NCBI GenBank assembly: GCA_964106915.2
Contig: OZ066921.1
Reading direction: 5' to 3' (one strand)
Source: Podarcis gaigeae
Taxonomy: Eukaryota
DNA length: 64,000 nucleotides
Position numbers and translations under genes: made by a program. Shown here piece after piece: positions 50,836 through 63,130 of the stretch; the stretch's first letter is position 1, and each line of letters starts with the position of its first letter. The notes under the pieces were generated by a model. That model worked only from the letters and a program-made list of their open reading frames with translations. It was not told the DNA's origin and ran no database searches.

Positions 50836-51086
50836 GCCATGATGCCCGAGAGATGGAACAGTTCTGCAGACAGGTACGCCATGTAGCTGTAAAGAAAGAC
50901 GAAGAGGGGCTCGATGACACGGATATGGGAAGTGAAGCGGGAGGTGAAGGCTCCGATGATGCCATAGACAACCCCGACAAAGACTCCCCCCAGAGACACC
51001 ACAAAGAAGCTGAGGAAACCCAGGATGATATTGGTAAAGGTGACTTTGTCGAACGTAGCAAACTCTTCAAAAAGGTGGTAGAGAAC
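50836..51086 (-). CDS. SLC9A1: SLC9A1 exon 3 (251 nt)
   Basis: VLYHLFEEF...[18 protein letters not shown]; ttccag|GTT and GC|gtaagt. Confidence 0.98.
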
Positions 51087-53177
51087 CTGGAACGACAAAA
51101 GTGGGAGGGAGGGAGGGAGGGAGGGATCAGCAATGTAAGCTCACGGGAGCACTGATCAGAGGTTGGCCACGGGTGTGCCAACATGAGAGAGACGAGAAAT
51201 TAGTATCCCACAAGGCAAGTGGGGAGATTTCGAGAAATGGATCAAAAGGGAGCATTAAAAATAGACAAGAGCTCATCCTTCTGGATACAAACCTCGTTCC
51301 TAATTGCTGCCTTAAGAGTTATCAAGGCTAATGCAGACAACTAAGCAGCCCTCCTCTGCTTGAACAAAAGAACCCTGAGATCAATAGTTGGAAAAGAGCT
51401 GCCATCTTGCTCTGCTTTCACCAGTGAGTTGGTTAATATGCAGTTAGTAGGAATCTGTGTTTCTTTCTCTCTCTCTCTGACCTCTATACTAGGAATGGGG
51501 AACCTTTGGCTCCCCAGATGATGAAGAATTCCCACAGGATCCAGCAAACACACTCAACAGCCAGGTGTAATGAGAGTTACGAGTTGAGAACATCTGGAGG
51601 GCCAAAAATTCCTCACCACTGCCCTACACCTTCAGTGTCACCCCTAGGGCTTTTTAAAACAATTTTTTGCATGCAATGAGCCTGGTTTCCCTAAACCATT
51701 GTTCAGGAACTGAGTGATGAATATTGGGCTCATATGTCTCCCATGTGTTGGTTTCAGGGCTCTGACCCTTATCCTTTGTTATGTCCGTTTACTATTCAGG
51801 ATCTTCAGCTAGATTCAGATCATGGTTAAACTGACATTAAACCACAGTTCCTTGTTTAAGACGTATCAGGGAACTGTGGCTTAATGAGAATAGGATTCAA
51901 GTGTCAAAGCCAGTCTGCAACAGAAATTGAAAAGATGGGAAGTGTACAGGCTCGTTCTTGGCTTAATGACCAACCGTTTGAAGGGAATAATGATACTTAA
52001 TTTCTAAGATAGCTGTTTTGACTTGTAAATGATTCATTCAAAAAACCTGAATATTTCTTTCTAACTTAAGAGTCAGCAGTAGCAACAATACTGATGGATG
52101 CTGATGAAAACAGTAAATATATCTAAACACACACTAGTCTACACCAATCTAGTGTTCTCTCTCTCTCTAAAAACAATTGGCCAGGAGAAAGAGTGCTATC
52201 CTAACTTTTTGACATTTCAATTTTTAGCTCCTGTTTTAATATTTAGCTATTTATTTCTTGCTAAAGCACGTTCAGTGCAGCCTCCATTGTCCAATGCTTT
52301 TTCGAAGTGGGAAGTGAAATTCAAAGCCTGTTCCATCAGTGTCAAAATACCAAAACTCCACTGTACAATTTTCTTGGAATTTCAACCTTGACCAGCACAG
52401 AGCCTTTTCCAAAATCTGCCTATTAACTCTGTCCTTCTTCAGCCTCCCTTACTGTTACAGAGCTCTAGAAGAGTTATGAAAGACCATCATTAGAAAGACA
52501 ACACCACTTTCCTTTGTTGAGATATCCAAGATGAGCATGAGCCACAACATAGATCTAAAAGACCTCATTCGCACATTGTGGCAAACTATAAACCATGGTT
52601 TACTGTGAACAAGCAAACTGCTCCCATCTTGTTCCCCTCCATTACCCCCAACATACATTAGAAGGAAACAAAACCATGAGTCCTACTTTACCATTACATC
52701 TTAACTAGGAGTCATGGTTTGATTTGTTCCCCAAAAGACACAATCTGTAGACAAGCTTTGTTTTTGGCTCACTGATCAGGGGTTGTTGAGAGCAAAACAA
52801 TCCAGGTTCCCTGGCTTGGATGCAGGGCAAAGCTAGGAACTGTGGTTTGTTTCTCCCCAGTGTCAGCAGAGAGGAACAAAAAAGCCAAGTTCATTGAGTT
52901 CACAATAGTAAACACACAGTAAACTATGGTTTACTGTGACGTGCGGATTGGCTTGTGTAAAACGGATGGGATATCTGTGGCACTTCAGAAATTTGTGGAC
53001 TCCAACCCCCAGCATCCTTAACCACTGGCCATGGCAGCTGGGGCTGCTGGGAGTTGGAGTCAGTCCTACAACATCTGGAAGGTCGCAGGTTCCACATTCC
53101 TGCTGTATAAACTTGGCTAAAACTCTCCTACTGCTTTAACGTTGCTCCTCTTGCTCTCAATTTCCATTACATATGGT

Positions 53178-53414
53178 GCACCAGACCACAAGACGCACCT
53201 AGTTTTTGGAGGAGGAAAACAAGAAAAGAAAAAATTCTGAATCTCAGAAATCAGAACAGCAAGAGAGATCGCTGCGCAGTGAAAGCAGCAATCCCTCTTG
53301 CTGTTCTGGCCTCTGGGATAGCTGCGCAGCTTGCATTCGCTCCATAAGACGCAAACACATTTCCCCTTACGTTTTAGCAGGGAAAAAGTGAGTCTTATAG
53401 AGCAAAAAATATGC
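53178..53414 (-). mobile_element. Inverted copy of the 48978-49236 MITE, lacking one terminus
   Basis: Direct reverse-complement alignment over ~235 bp. Confidence 0.88.
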
Positions 53415-53542
53415 TACATTATCCATTTAGAGATCTCAGAACTTTGTTGTTTCTTAGAATTCCTGAGCAACACCAGGTACTTCCTGCTAGTCTACTATAT
53501 ATTTTGGAAAATGGTTTGTCTGATCACTGTTCACCTCTAAAG

Positions 53543-53673
53543 CAATGCTATTTTTCTAGGAAAAAGAGGTCCTGGAGCTCACTGTGAACTTCTCCCTTGT
53601 TCTCTTAGAATGGCAATGGTGCCCCAACTGAGAGGTGCCAGAGTTGAGCTCCGGCTAGAAAAAAGAAGCCCTG
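53543..53673. mobile_element. hAT MITE
   Basis: Termini caatgctattttttctag / ctagaaaaaagaagccctg; TSD ctctaaag / ctcttaag. Confidence 0.7.
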
Positions 53674-54916
53674 CTCTTAAGATATCATATCCAAATTTTT
53701 CATGACAGTTGTAGAGATCAAAGAGGCAGTTTTGAATCAAGATGGTGAGCTGAACAAAACTGCACTGGTTTTAATCACTGATTTTAAAACTGTACCGATT
53801 TTCTGATTTCTTTGAATTCCTATGTAAAGCTTGGTACGGGACTGTGAGTTACAGTACGCCTAAGCACTGCACATTCAACTTGATTTATAACACTGCATAG
53901 CAACACAAGACTTTCCTGCCTCCACCGTCCCACTGCCTTCTACGGCACTCTTCTGAAAGGCCGCTCTCAAGGTCTCTACTAAATAGCACAGGGTGTGAGG
54001 GGGGGAGCTGGCAGAAATGCCTTCCTCTCGGGCAAGGAGGACTCTTGGGTCCCACACATTAGGAAGGGGAGTGGAAGCAGCCCCTGGGTAGTTTCGCAGC
54101 CTTTTGGAACTGGAAACGCTGCTGCCAAAACAGAACAGCCACAGGTTCAAACTGTCAAAGGTCAAAGGAGTTCACTAGCTGCAATAAATCACAACCACGC
54201 CAGAGAAACCCTTCTGGAAAAGGCAAGGAGCACCACCTTCCTGAGTCACTACGAAGTAACAGTACACATCTTGGGCAGCAGAGGCCTCAACGCAAATGAG
54301 TCACCCATCCATGACCTTTTGCCACATTGGTAGTCATAAACCAGCTTTCCGACGCCCTCCTTCCCCCTGCACTTTCAAGTGCTTTCTGATGGGTGAGGTG
54401 AAAATCCTCATCTGCCTCAGCAATGGAAGGCATGGCAAGGTGATGCCCATTGACAATTTAAGCACACACAAATCCCACCAGGTGTGCAAGCCTGAATGTT
54501 TGTAGACAGAGAGAGACAAATAGACTTCAGTCCCAGCTTGGCTCTCCTCTGTCCCTGCCAGATCACACGTTTGGAAGGCGATAAGGTGAGATGTGGGGAG
54601 CTGCATGTCCCCCAAAGGCTCTCCCCCCACCCTGCAAAGAGCAGGGAGCATCAAATGTGCCACAGGAACCTAGGACATTGTCTTACAGCAAGTCAGACAT
54701 TGGGCCTTCAAGCTTAGTAACATCTACACAGAGTGGCAATGGCACCCAAGGGCTTCAGCCAGAGAGCCTCTTCTGCTCTACCTGGAGATGCCAGGGATTG
54801 AGCCTGGGAACTTTTGCATGCAAGATAACTGCCCTAGCACTGGAACACAGGCAGCTGCCTTATACAGAGCCAGACTGTTGCTCCAGCTAGTTTATTAATG
54901 TCTACACTGACTGGCA

Positions 54917-55168
54917 AGAGAGCCAGTGTGGTGTGGTGGTTAAGAGCGATAGACTCGTAATCTGGTGAACTGGGTTCGCGTCTCCGCTCCTCCACATGCA
55001 GCTGCTGGGTGACCTTGGGCTAGTCACACTTCTTGAAGTCTCTCAGCCCCACTCACCTCACAGAGTGTTTCTTGTGGGGGGGGGAAGGGAAAGGAGAATG
55101 TTAGCCGCTTTGAGACTCCTTCGGGTAGTGATAAAGCGGGATATCAAATCCAAACTCTTCTTCTTCTT
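54917..55168 (+). mobile_element. tRNA-derived SINE with CORE-like body and L2-type tail, nested in a Squam3-like SINE (54853-55290, minus strand)
   Basis: A box tggtgtggtgg, B-box-like ggttcgcgtct, tail agccgctttgagactccttcggg...(ctt)n; TSD ctggca at 54911 and 55169. Confidence 0.8.
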
Positions 55169-55690
55169 CTGGCAGCAGCTCTCCAAGGTTTCAGAGTTGG
55201 GGGGGGGGGGAATCTTGCCTGGAGAATCTAGGGATTGAACCTGGGACCTTCTCCCTGCAAGTCCAATGCTCCCCACTGAGCTACAGCCCTTCCCCTTCTC
55301 TACAGGCAGAAGGGTATCGGTATCTTGCAACCAGACCAACACAAGAGCTACAGCAAAGGCACAACTGCTTCTTCATTCTCAGCCATTTGCTGACAGCAAT
55401 TCCTCATTGGCAAAGTGGAAATCATGCCCTGGCCGATCATCCAGTTTACATCCAGGTCATTCTTAAGAGACTTTGCCTTACAGTATACAGCACAGGTAGA
55501 GCCCAAGGGTCGGAAGTACCCTCCAAGCCACACTATCTGGCCCTCAGGACTGTCCCCCATGCTACAACCCCTTCCCAGATACCCCGCTTCTCCAGACCAG
55601 GCCCCTCACCACCCCTGCTTTGCAACCTCCCTGAGTGATTTTCAGCAAACTGGACCGTGCGCTTCCTTTCACTTGCCTGATGGGGGACAG

Positions 55691-55739
<49 letters not shown>

Positions 55740-56252
55740 CCAACCTCATATTCAAAGATAGCATGTACATTTGTTGCTCCAACTACATCACACCCTTCCT
55801 GCAAAATTCCACAGCATATACGTGATTAGTTATGGATACAAAGGCAGACTGTGTACCTTGACCAATATGCCAAGGGTGATATGCAAAGTACTCGTTCCTT
55901 TTGCACAAGTATTTATGCTTGTGCAATGGAATATCCTACACACACATCCTCAAATCTGTTCCGGAGGGTTGGGAGAACCCCTAGAACAGATTTAGGGGGT
56001 GCACAAGGGGAGAAAAGAAGGGAAAGTTCCACTGCAGAACTAGAAGTCCTTGAGCTGATGGAACAAGTCATGTAGCACTAGTCTGGATACAACCCTACGT
56101 TCCCATTCTTGTGCCAACCCTTTTGTGTGGCGCTTGACGGATAGTGCCCTGGAGATCAGATCTGCTGCCTATCCTTCCACCTTAAACAAAGCCCCAAATC
56201 CAAAACCTGAGGCAGCTGGCACATGTTCCAACTTACAGTCCTTTTCACTTAC

Positions 56253-56713
56253 CACAGTGACCGCATCATTCAACAAAGACTCGCCAAACACCAAAATGTG
56301 CAGCAGCTCGTTGATGTGGATTTCCTCAAACACAGCCAGCACGGCAACAGGGTCCACTGCCGAGATGATGCTGCCAAAAAGCAGGCAGGCCAGGAGTTCG
56401 GTGTCCTGCAAACCGGTGCCGTTGATCTGGCACACGGCGTACATCAGCGAGCCCACAAAGAAGGCATTCCACAACGTCCCCAGCACGGCAAAGATCAAGA
56501 TGGTGCCCAGGTTCTCTGTGAACTGGCGTAAGGGGAGGAAGTAGCCGGCATCCAAGATGATGGGCGGGAGCAGGAAGAGGAAAAAGACGTCCGACTCTAG
56601 GATTGGAGGGGTCTCTCCCACAGCTTTGATGAGCCCCCCGACCAGCAGTCCTACAACAATCAGTAAGCAGCTCTCTGGAACTATACTGGAAATGGTTGGA
56701 ATCACGTGGAACC
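56253..56713 (-). CDS. SLC9A1: SLC9A1/NHE1 coding exon 2 (461 nt)
   Basis: Translates [17 protein letters not shown]...[16 protein letters not shown]...[12 protein letters not shown] (NHE1 TM region with the ND motif); acceptor ttccag|GG, donor GTG|gtaagt. Confidence 0.98.
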
Positions 56714-57211
56714 CTGGAAGGGGAGAGAGAAGCAAGACGGTAAAGGCCAGTTCCTCTTCAGCTGCATTGTGTTGCCCCCCCCCCGAACTTCTTCCACCCA
56801 CAGTTACATAAAAAGCCTTTGTCCATCTGGTGCCCTCTATATAATTTGGACTACGACTCCCTTCAGCCACAACAAGTACAGCCGTCCTGATGGGAGTTGT
56901 AGCCCAAAACACCTGGAGGGCATCATGTTGGCAAAGGCCGAACAAAGAGAATGGCACAGAGTCGTGGGAGGGCAGAAGGACCCCAACTGAAAGACAAAAT
57001 TTCAAGTAAACCTGAATTTGCTGTGGGAGAACTTGAATTCTATTACCCATATACTGTATATTACACAAACCGGATATATTTGCATAAATCCTTCTTTCAG
57101 CCTTAGGCTGTAATCCTATATGTGCCCAGGAGTAAGCCGCATTAAAATGAGTGGGAATTACTACTGAGTAGACAAGTATAGGATTTCACTGCGGGAATAA
57201 ATTAATATGTA

Positions 57212-57262
<51 letters not shown>

Positions 57263-57707
57263 TTACATCAGCTTCCCAGAGTCCAAAAACCAAGACAGGT
57301 GTTTATTTGAGCAAAAGAATCACTTAACTCAGTCACAGAATGATCCCCTGCCCTTTAATGCTAACGCTCCATGCCACAATTAATTTGCTGGCCTTTATTT
57401 TAGCATTTCAGTTGAGTTTTTAGCTGTTTCTTTTAACTGTGGTGTTGTTTTAATTATTCTGTATTGTAACAATGCTGTGCAACCCATTTTTACGTTTTGT
57501 AAACCATGTCAGAAGTATGCAAACTTAAATTTAGCACACTTAAAAATAATTACAATACAGACATCAAATTGAAACATTAATATTCATGTATTTATTTCCT
57601 CACAGACAGATAGGAACCGAGCAGGTGAGCACTGGATAACATACAGTGCAATAAAACACTGGAAAACATACACAGCCTCTCTTCGAGTAATTAAGTTATA
57701 CAACAAC

Positions 57708-58364
57708 TGTTGTAAACAAAATCTGCCCTTTTTCCCTTATGGGGTATCCAAGAGCCTGTATAGAGTCCTTACGTGGGTTCCCTATTGGTAGGAGAAGATA
57801 ACAGAGGCCAACCAGAGAATATTGAGAAGCAAAGCAGCTGGTAAGCCTGATCTTTATTAAAGCTGTTGCAACAGGGTGCTCCCCTCACACGCAGGAGGAC
57901 AGGGAGGACCCAGAACAAAGGTGTGCCTGCCTTTATATATACATTTTAAATTCCCTGCCCTGGAGCTCAAGACCACCCCTCAATACATCATACATACATC
58001 ACAGAAGGGGTGTAACCCAAGACCACACCCCACAAACATCATACCTACATCACAGAAGAGGTGGTCTACAACAGAAATTTGAATGTTGTTGTTTTTCCTG
58101 TCTGCCAGGTTACCTGATAAGGCCTTATCTGATTGCCTTTCCTGGTAGTCTGCCCATTCCTTTGAAATGGTGATTTCCCAATTCCTGAGACCATGGGAAG
58201 GTTCCCTCACCCCCTCCCTCCTTGCAGAGAATGGGAGTCAAAATGGTTTCAGGACGGTCTTCCTGTGCTGCTCCAGACATGTGGTCCACATATCTATGTA
58301 GGTGCTTGGTTGGTACATTTATGAACATTTATTATATATATAAGACTTGTAATTTTTTATTACA
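57708..58364 (-). mobile_element. Probable solo LTR in SLC9A1 intron 1, same orientation as the gene
   Basis: TG...CA ends with flanks caac / caag; on the minus strand a tandem enhancer-like duplication (57968-58065), TATATATAAA (~57932-57941), then AATAAA (57853-57858). Confidence 0.7.
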
Positions 58365-60145
58365 CAAGCGACACAGTACTCTGTACCTTGACAGCAACTG
58401 GCTATAATACCTAATGCTCTCCAAAAGCCTCAGCAAAGAGGTATGTCTTTAATCAGTGCTGAAAAACCAGTGATGGTGGTGCTCAATGCACCTTAAAGCA
58501 GAAATAATGACTAACTGCCACTATGGAGAGGGCCCTATCCTGCACCAGTACCCCATCTACTATTGCCTCCACAGGAGAGGGGGCAAAAGCAAGAATGAAA
58601 TGCCTTGAATCCTGAACAGGAAGTGCTCCCTGCTGCAATGATATGTTGCAAATCGCCATTATAGATAGAGACCTTCAAATCGTGCTGCCTTCCTCCCAGA
58701 GCTGTTATGGGTTTTGTTAATTCCTCTAAATTCAGCCCTGCTGTTTAGGGGTGGGAATACAACTGGTAAGCACGGCGTGTTCTGTCCTCCGACTCCCTGG
58801 CAAAGGGACCTACAGTATTTTCATGAGAGGCAGCCATTCTTGATCAACACCTCCGTTGCTTTGTTCTTCCATGCTGAATTGCTGGGCAAGTCCAACCATC
58901 TGGCTCAGGGAGCAACCTGTTGAGCTGTAAAATGCATCCCTTTGACACTAGGGGTGAGGAGCATGCAAGAGGGTATAACAGAGGCCAACCTGAGATACTC
59001 CGTGCCTTCATTCAAATACGCCCCCCCCCCACGAGCATAAAGGGCCAACAGCAGGTTTGTGGCCTGGAGGCATGAGATGTGTGCACAGGGAAGAGGGAAG
59101 GAGTAAAGTTCCTGTTCCGGAGGTGAGGACTCTGAATCTGAACGGCATGCAGGGGGAGCCCCAAAAGTGTTGCAACCCAATGAACTTGTGAGGCCAGTGG
59201 CTTTCACCCCCACGTCTGAAGATGTGGCACCGCCGTCCTCGTTGACTCCACTGTAGAAGATCCTGGAAGCCCTAAGCCTCCCAAGGCTCCATTGCAGAAA
59301 ATCGCGAGAGAAGGCTGGGCCACTTCAAGTAGAGGAGCATCCTGCAGCAAAGGTGCTGGTAACTATTAGGCTACATCTGGTGCTGCTGTTCAGTTTGAGC
59401 AACTTCAGAGCTTTATAGTCCCCCAAGCACAGGCTTGGAACCAGTCTGTGCCCTGCCTGGGCCACCTTGCCTTGCGTCCAGCCTGAACCTGGTCAAGCCT
59501 TGCTGCACCACAAAGCAGGACAGCAGAACTGGCACCTGTTGGGGGGCGCTCTGGCCATGGATTTCCTGCATTAAGCAGAGCGTTGATCAGGATCAGGAGT
59601 GGGGAACCTATCTCTGGATGCTGCTGAACTCCAACTCCCATCAGGCCAAGCAAGCATGCTCAAAGGCCAAGAAGGATGGGAGATGTAGTACAGCCACATC
59701 TGGAGGGCCAAAGGTTCCCCATTCCTGGTCTACATGGCCTCCAAAATCCTTCCAACTCTGCAATTATCTGAGTTTGCTCTCTAGCTGTCTGGCTTTAGCA
59801 CTTAAGATCATGCAGACATCTTGGCACCGAGAACACGGACCCACCCTCTCCATTTCACTATTTGCCTTTCTTTTTAAATGAAAGTTGGGCTGATAGGGGA
59901 TAGGTATTGTGTGGAGCGCTGCCTTAAGACCTGGGGGTGGATGATTTGTGGGGTGGACATTATCCTCCTCCTCAGGCTCCATATGAAATTTCTGGGGTGT
60001 GGGTGTGGAATTCCATTCACTCATGGATCACTAGAAAACCCAGAATGAAGATTGTTTGATTGGCATAACTTAAAACAGCTTCCAGAATTTGGATTGTCTG
60101 GGTGCGGAACTGCAATTGTTTTTAGCAAGGGAGTACAGCTTGCTG

Positions 60146-60508
60146 GGGACGCAGGTGGCGCTGTGGGTTAAAGCCTCAGCGCCTAGGACTTGCCGATCGA
60201 AAGGTCGGCGGTTCGAATCCCTGCAGCGGGGTGCGCTCCCGCTGCTCGGTCCCAGCGCCTGCCAACCTAGCAGTTCGAAAGCACCTCCGGGTGCAAGTAG
60301 ATAAATAGGGACCGCTTACCAGCGGGAAGGTAAACGGCGTTTCCGTGTGCGGCTCTGGCTCGCCAGAGCAGCGATGTCACGCTGGCCACGTGACCCGGAA
60401 GTGTCTCCGGACAGCGCTGGCCCCTGGCCTCTTGAGTGAGATGGGCGCACAACCCCAGAGTCTGTCAAGACTGGCCCGTACGGGCAGGGGTACCTTTACC
60501 TTTACCTT
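60146..60508 (+). mobile_element. Young full-length Sauria SINE in SLC9A1 intron 1
   Basis: Intact A/B boxes and CpGs; TSD tacagcttgctg at 60134-60145 and 60509-60520. Confidence 0.95.
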
Positions 60509-61199
60509 TACAGCTTGCTGAGCCCAGCTGGTGAAAGGCAATCCTTTTGCACACTGCAGAGAAACACCAGGCAGCCTTCCTGGAATGGCAAGTGCCTAGC
60601 CCCAGCTCAGAACACACTGCTCAGAACCAACAGCTCTGCACCTGGCTCCTTCGTGATCACACCCTGGTTTCCCCCTCACACCACCCCTGTCTCATATGCA
60701 ACAGACCAGAATTTAGCAGTCATCCAAGGACAGAACGATGAGTCAGCAGTTTGCCGCCAGTGCCAGATGAAAAACGCACCAACGGTGGCATGAAGAGGGA
60801 ATGGACCACAAAAATTTGGACACCAACACCACTATTTCCCTCTTCCTCTCCTTGGCGCATGAAGTAGAGAGGCTTTCATGGTACTGCCTGCGGAGTATCA
60901 GTTAAAATCCACAAATCGAATGCCAAGCAGACACTGTGCCCCCTGGTGCTGCCTGGCATTCAAACCAGTCTGAAGGCAGGCATCATTAGTGATGGCAGAG
61001 ACAAGAAAGCTGTACAGAGATTTTTGATGGCTGCTCTGTTCTAAAGCAAAGGTATCCCGCTAGATGCCATTATCCCCTAGCTCCCATCAGTCCTCCCTTT
61101 TAGAAAGCAGCCTGTTTAATGGTGTGCATACAAACATTGGAGGGATGTGCGTGCAAATCTTTAGATAAAATATTTTTTTAAAAAAAATAATCACCTACC

Positions 61200-62230
61200 A
61201 CTAGTAAAATGTTAGTGTTGAATGAGAGATTTCTAAAATAGAGAAGCAAAACCGAATAGCATCTCTTAGATTTGCGTTACTGAGTTTATTTGAAGAGCTA
61301 GATAAAGACCCGAAGAACTGAGAATCAATCTCCCGTCTTCTTCTAGCGGCTCAAACTATGACTAGGGAATCTTGGAAGGACTTCAAATTCTCGCATCTTG
61401 ATTATTGGTACTAGTGGGTTTGGAGAGTAGCTCTATTTGAGAAGCTTGTGTACAAGATGATCAGGAGGTCAAAGAAAATGCAAGCTATTTGTTGGGCTTA
61501 GGTACTCATTTATGGGACGCAGGTGGCGCTGTGGGTTAAAGCCTCAGCGCCTAGGACTTGCCGATCGAAAGGTGGGCGGTTCGAATCCCTGCGGCGGGGT
61601 GCACTCCCGCTGCTCGGTCCCAGCGCCTGCCAACCTAGCAGTTTGAAAGCACCTCCGGGTGCAAGTAGATAAATAGGGACCGCTTACCAGCGGGAAGGTA
61701 AACGGCGTTTCCGTGTGCGGCTCTGGCTCGCCAGATGCAGCTTTGTCACGCTGGCCACGTGACCCGGAAGTGTCTCCGGACAGCGCTGGCCCCTGGCCTC
61801 TTAAGTGAGATGGGCGCACAACCCCAGAGTCTGTCAAGACTGGCCCGTACGGGCAGGGGTACCTTTACCTTTACCTTTTACTCATTTATCGAATTCACTT
61901 GATTACAGGAACAATAATAGAACTATTCCAACGCAATGTGTCAGGTTGGTTATTTTAGATATTAGTTGCTCTCTCTTAAGTGTTCAGCAGGGTACCTCTT
62001 GCTTGTCTCTTTGGATTTTGCAATCTGTAATAACGGACTTTCTAGCTTTCCTTGGTGGGTTTTCTCGTCGTAATGATTTGTAAATGCATGTTTTGGACAT
62101 GTTTGTGTTTTATGGCTCTCTGCAGCAGGTGTGACATGTAGGGGGAATGACCACTTGGAAGTTTTGACTGTGGCAATGTAGTTTGTGTTGCTGAGCATAT
62201 GAAAACTCAATAAATATTATAATTTTAAAA
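61200..62230 (+). mobile_element. Degraded L1-like LINE 3' fragment
   Basis: Remnant ORF2 C-terminus SISRLLLAAQTMTRESWKD..YWY*WVWRVALFEKL; ends with aataaa and an A-rich tail. Confidence 0.65.
61514..61878 (+). mobile_element. Young full-length Sauria SINE, inserted in an L1-like fragment
   Basis: Near-identical to 60146-60508; TSD tactcatttat at 61503-61513 and 61879-61889. Confidence 0.95.
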
Positions 62231-62902
62231 ACCCACAAGCAAAATGTTAAGTACTGAGACTCCAAGATAGTAATAACTAGGTAAGCCAACCCCGTCTCCA
62301 CCCCAGCCCAGCCCCTTCCTCAGTTCCACCCCTGTCCAAAGTATCAATGCTTTGACCATGATGCCCATTAGCTTTCTCTGTCCTTGCCTAATTAATCCAA
62401 CAAAGCCAAATTAAAGTTGGAAGCCAATATCCATTGAACTCATCACCCACCTGCAGACTCGTGAGCTGCTCGAGTCGCTGAAGGCTACAGCAAAGTCACT
62501 CCTCCAACCCCCCACTTTACAAAAACAGCAGAGTTAAGTACAAATTAAAGACTCAAATCTAGAAATTATAACTGTCTCTCACTTTGTCCCCCTGGGCTGT
62601 CAGGATTCCATTAGGATGGAGCACTCCTGAGTTAATGAGAATGAAGGATTCAGAATCTTTTTTGCAATGCTCTAAAAATAACACCCACACTGAGTGTGCT
62701 TTCATTAAATCTTTGATCTTGGTTGAAATTCAGAACACCCAGTCACTCTGCACCTCCCATCTTTTTATAACAAAAGAGCCTGGGTTTTTTTTTGTTTTTG
62801 GTTCTAGCAGATTGCTGCTGTGAGTGTTCCCGAACAATACAAAAGCCAGATACCGACGAGACAGAAGAACAGCAGAAGCTTGCAAGCTGGGCACTTGGGC
62901 GA

Positions 62903-63130
62903 CAAGACATGTGACTAAAACCAAGCATGTTAACTCTGTCACTCGCTTGGTCGCCTGCGGAGAACAGAAATCAACCCCAGGTGAGCAGGCAGGAAAATTA
63001 TCCCAGTCTTAAACAGAAATCAAGACACGTAACTAGAATCAAGCACATGAATTGCTGGTCGCCTGCAGAGAGCAAAAATCAACTCCAGGTGAGCAAGCGG
63101 GAAAGTTATTCCAATCTAAGAAACAAAGCA
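62903..63130. repeat. Degenerate tandem duplication (2 x ~115 bp)
   Basis: caagaca.gt.acta.aa.caagca...ggtcgcctgc.gaga...aaatcaac.ccaggtgagca occurs twice. Confidence 0.8.

Noticed and set aside
50604-51155. 183-aa plus-strand ORF (likewise 48218-48523, 56125-56544, 36460-36837)
   Set aside because: Antisense shadows of SLC9A1 exons; no independent coding evidence.
56169-57068. 299-aa ORF as a standalone gene
   Set aside because: It is exon 2 of SLC9A1 plus open intronic flanks, partly MITE-derived.
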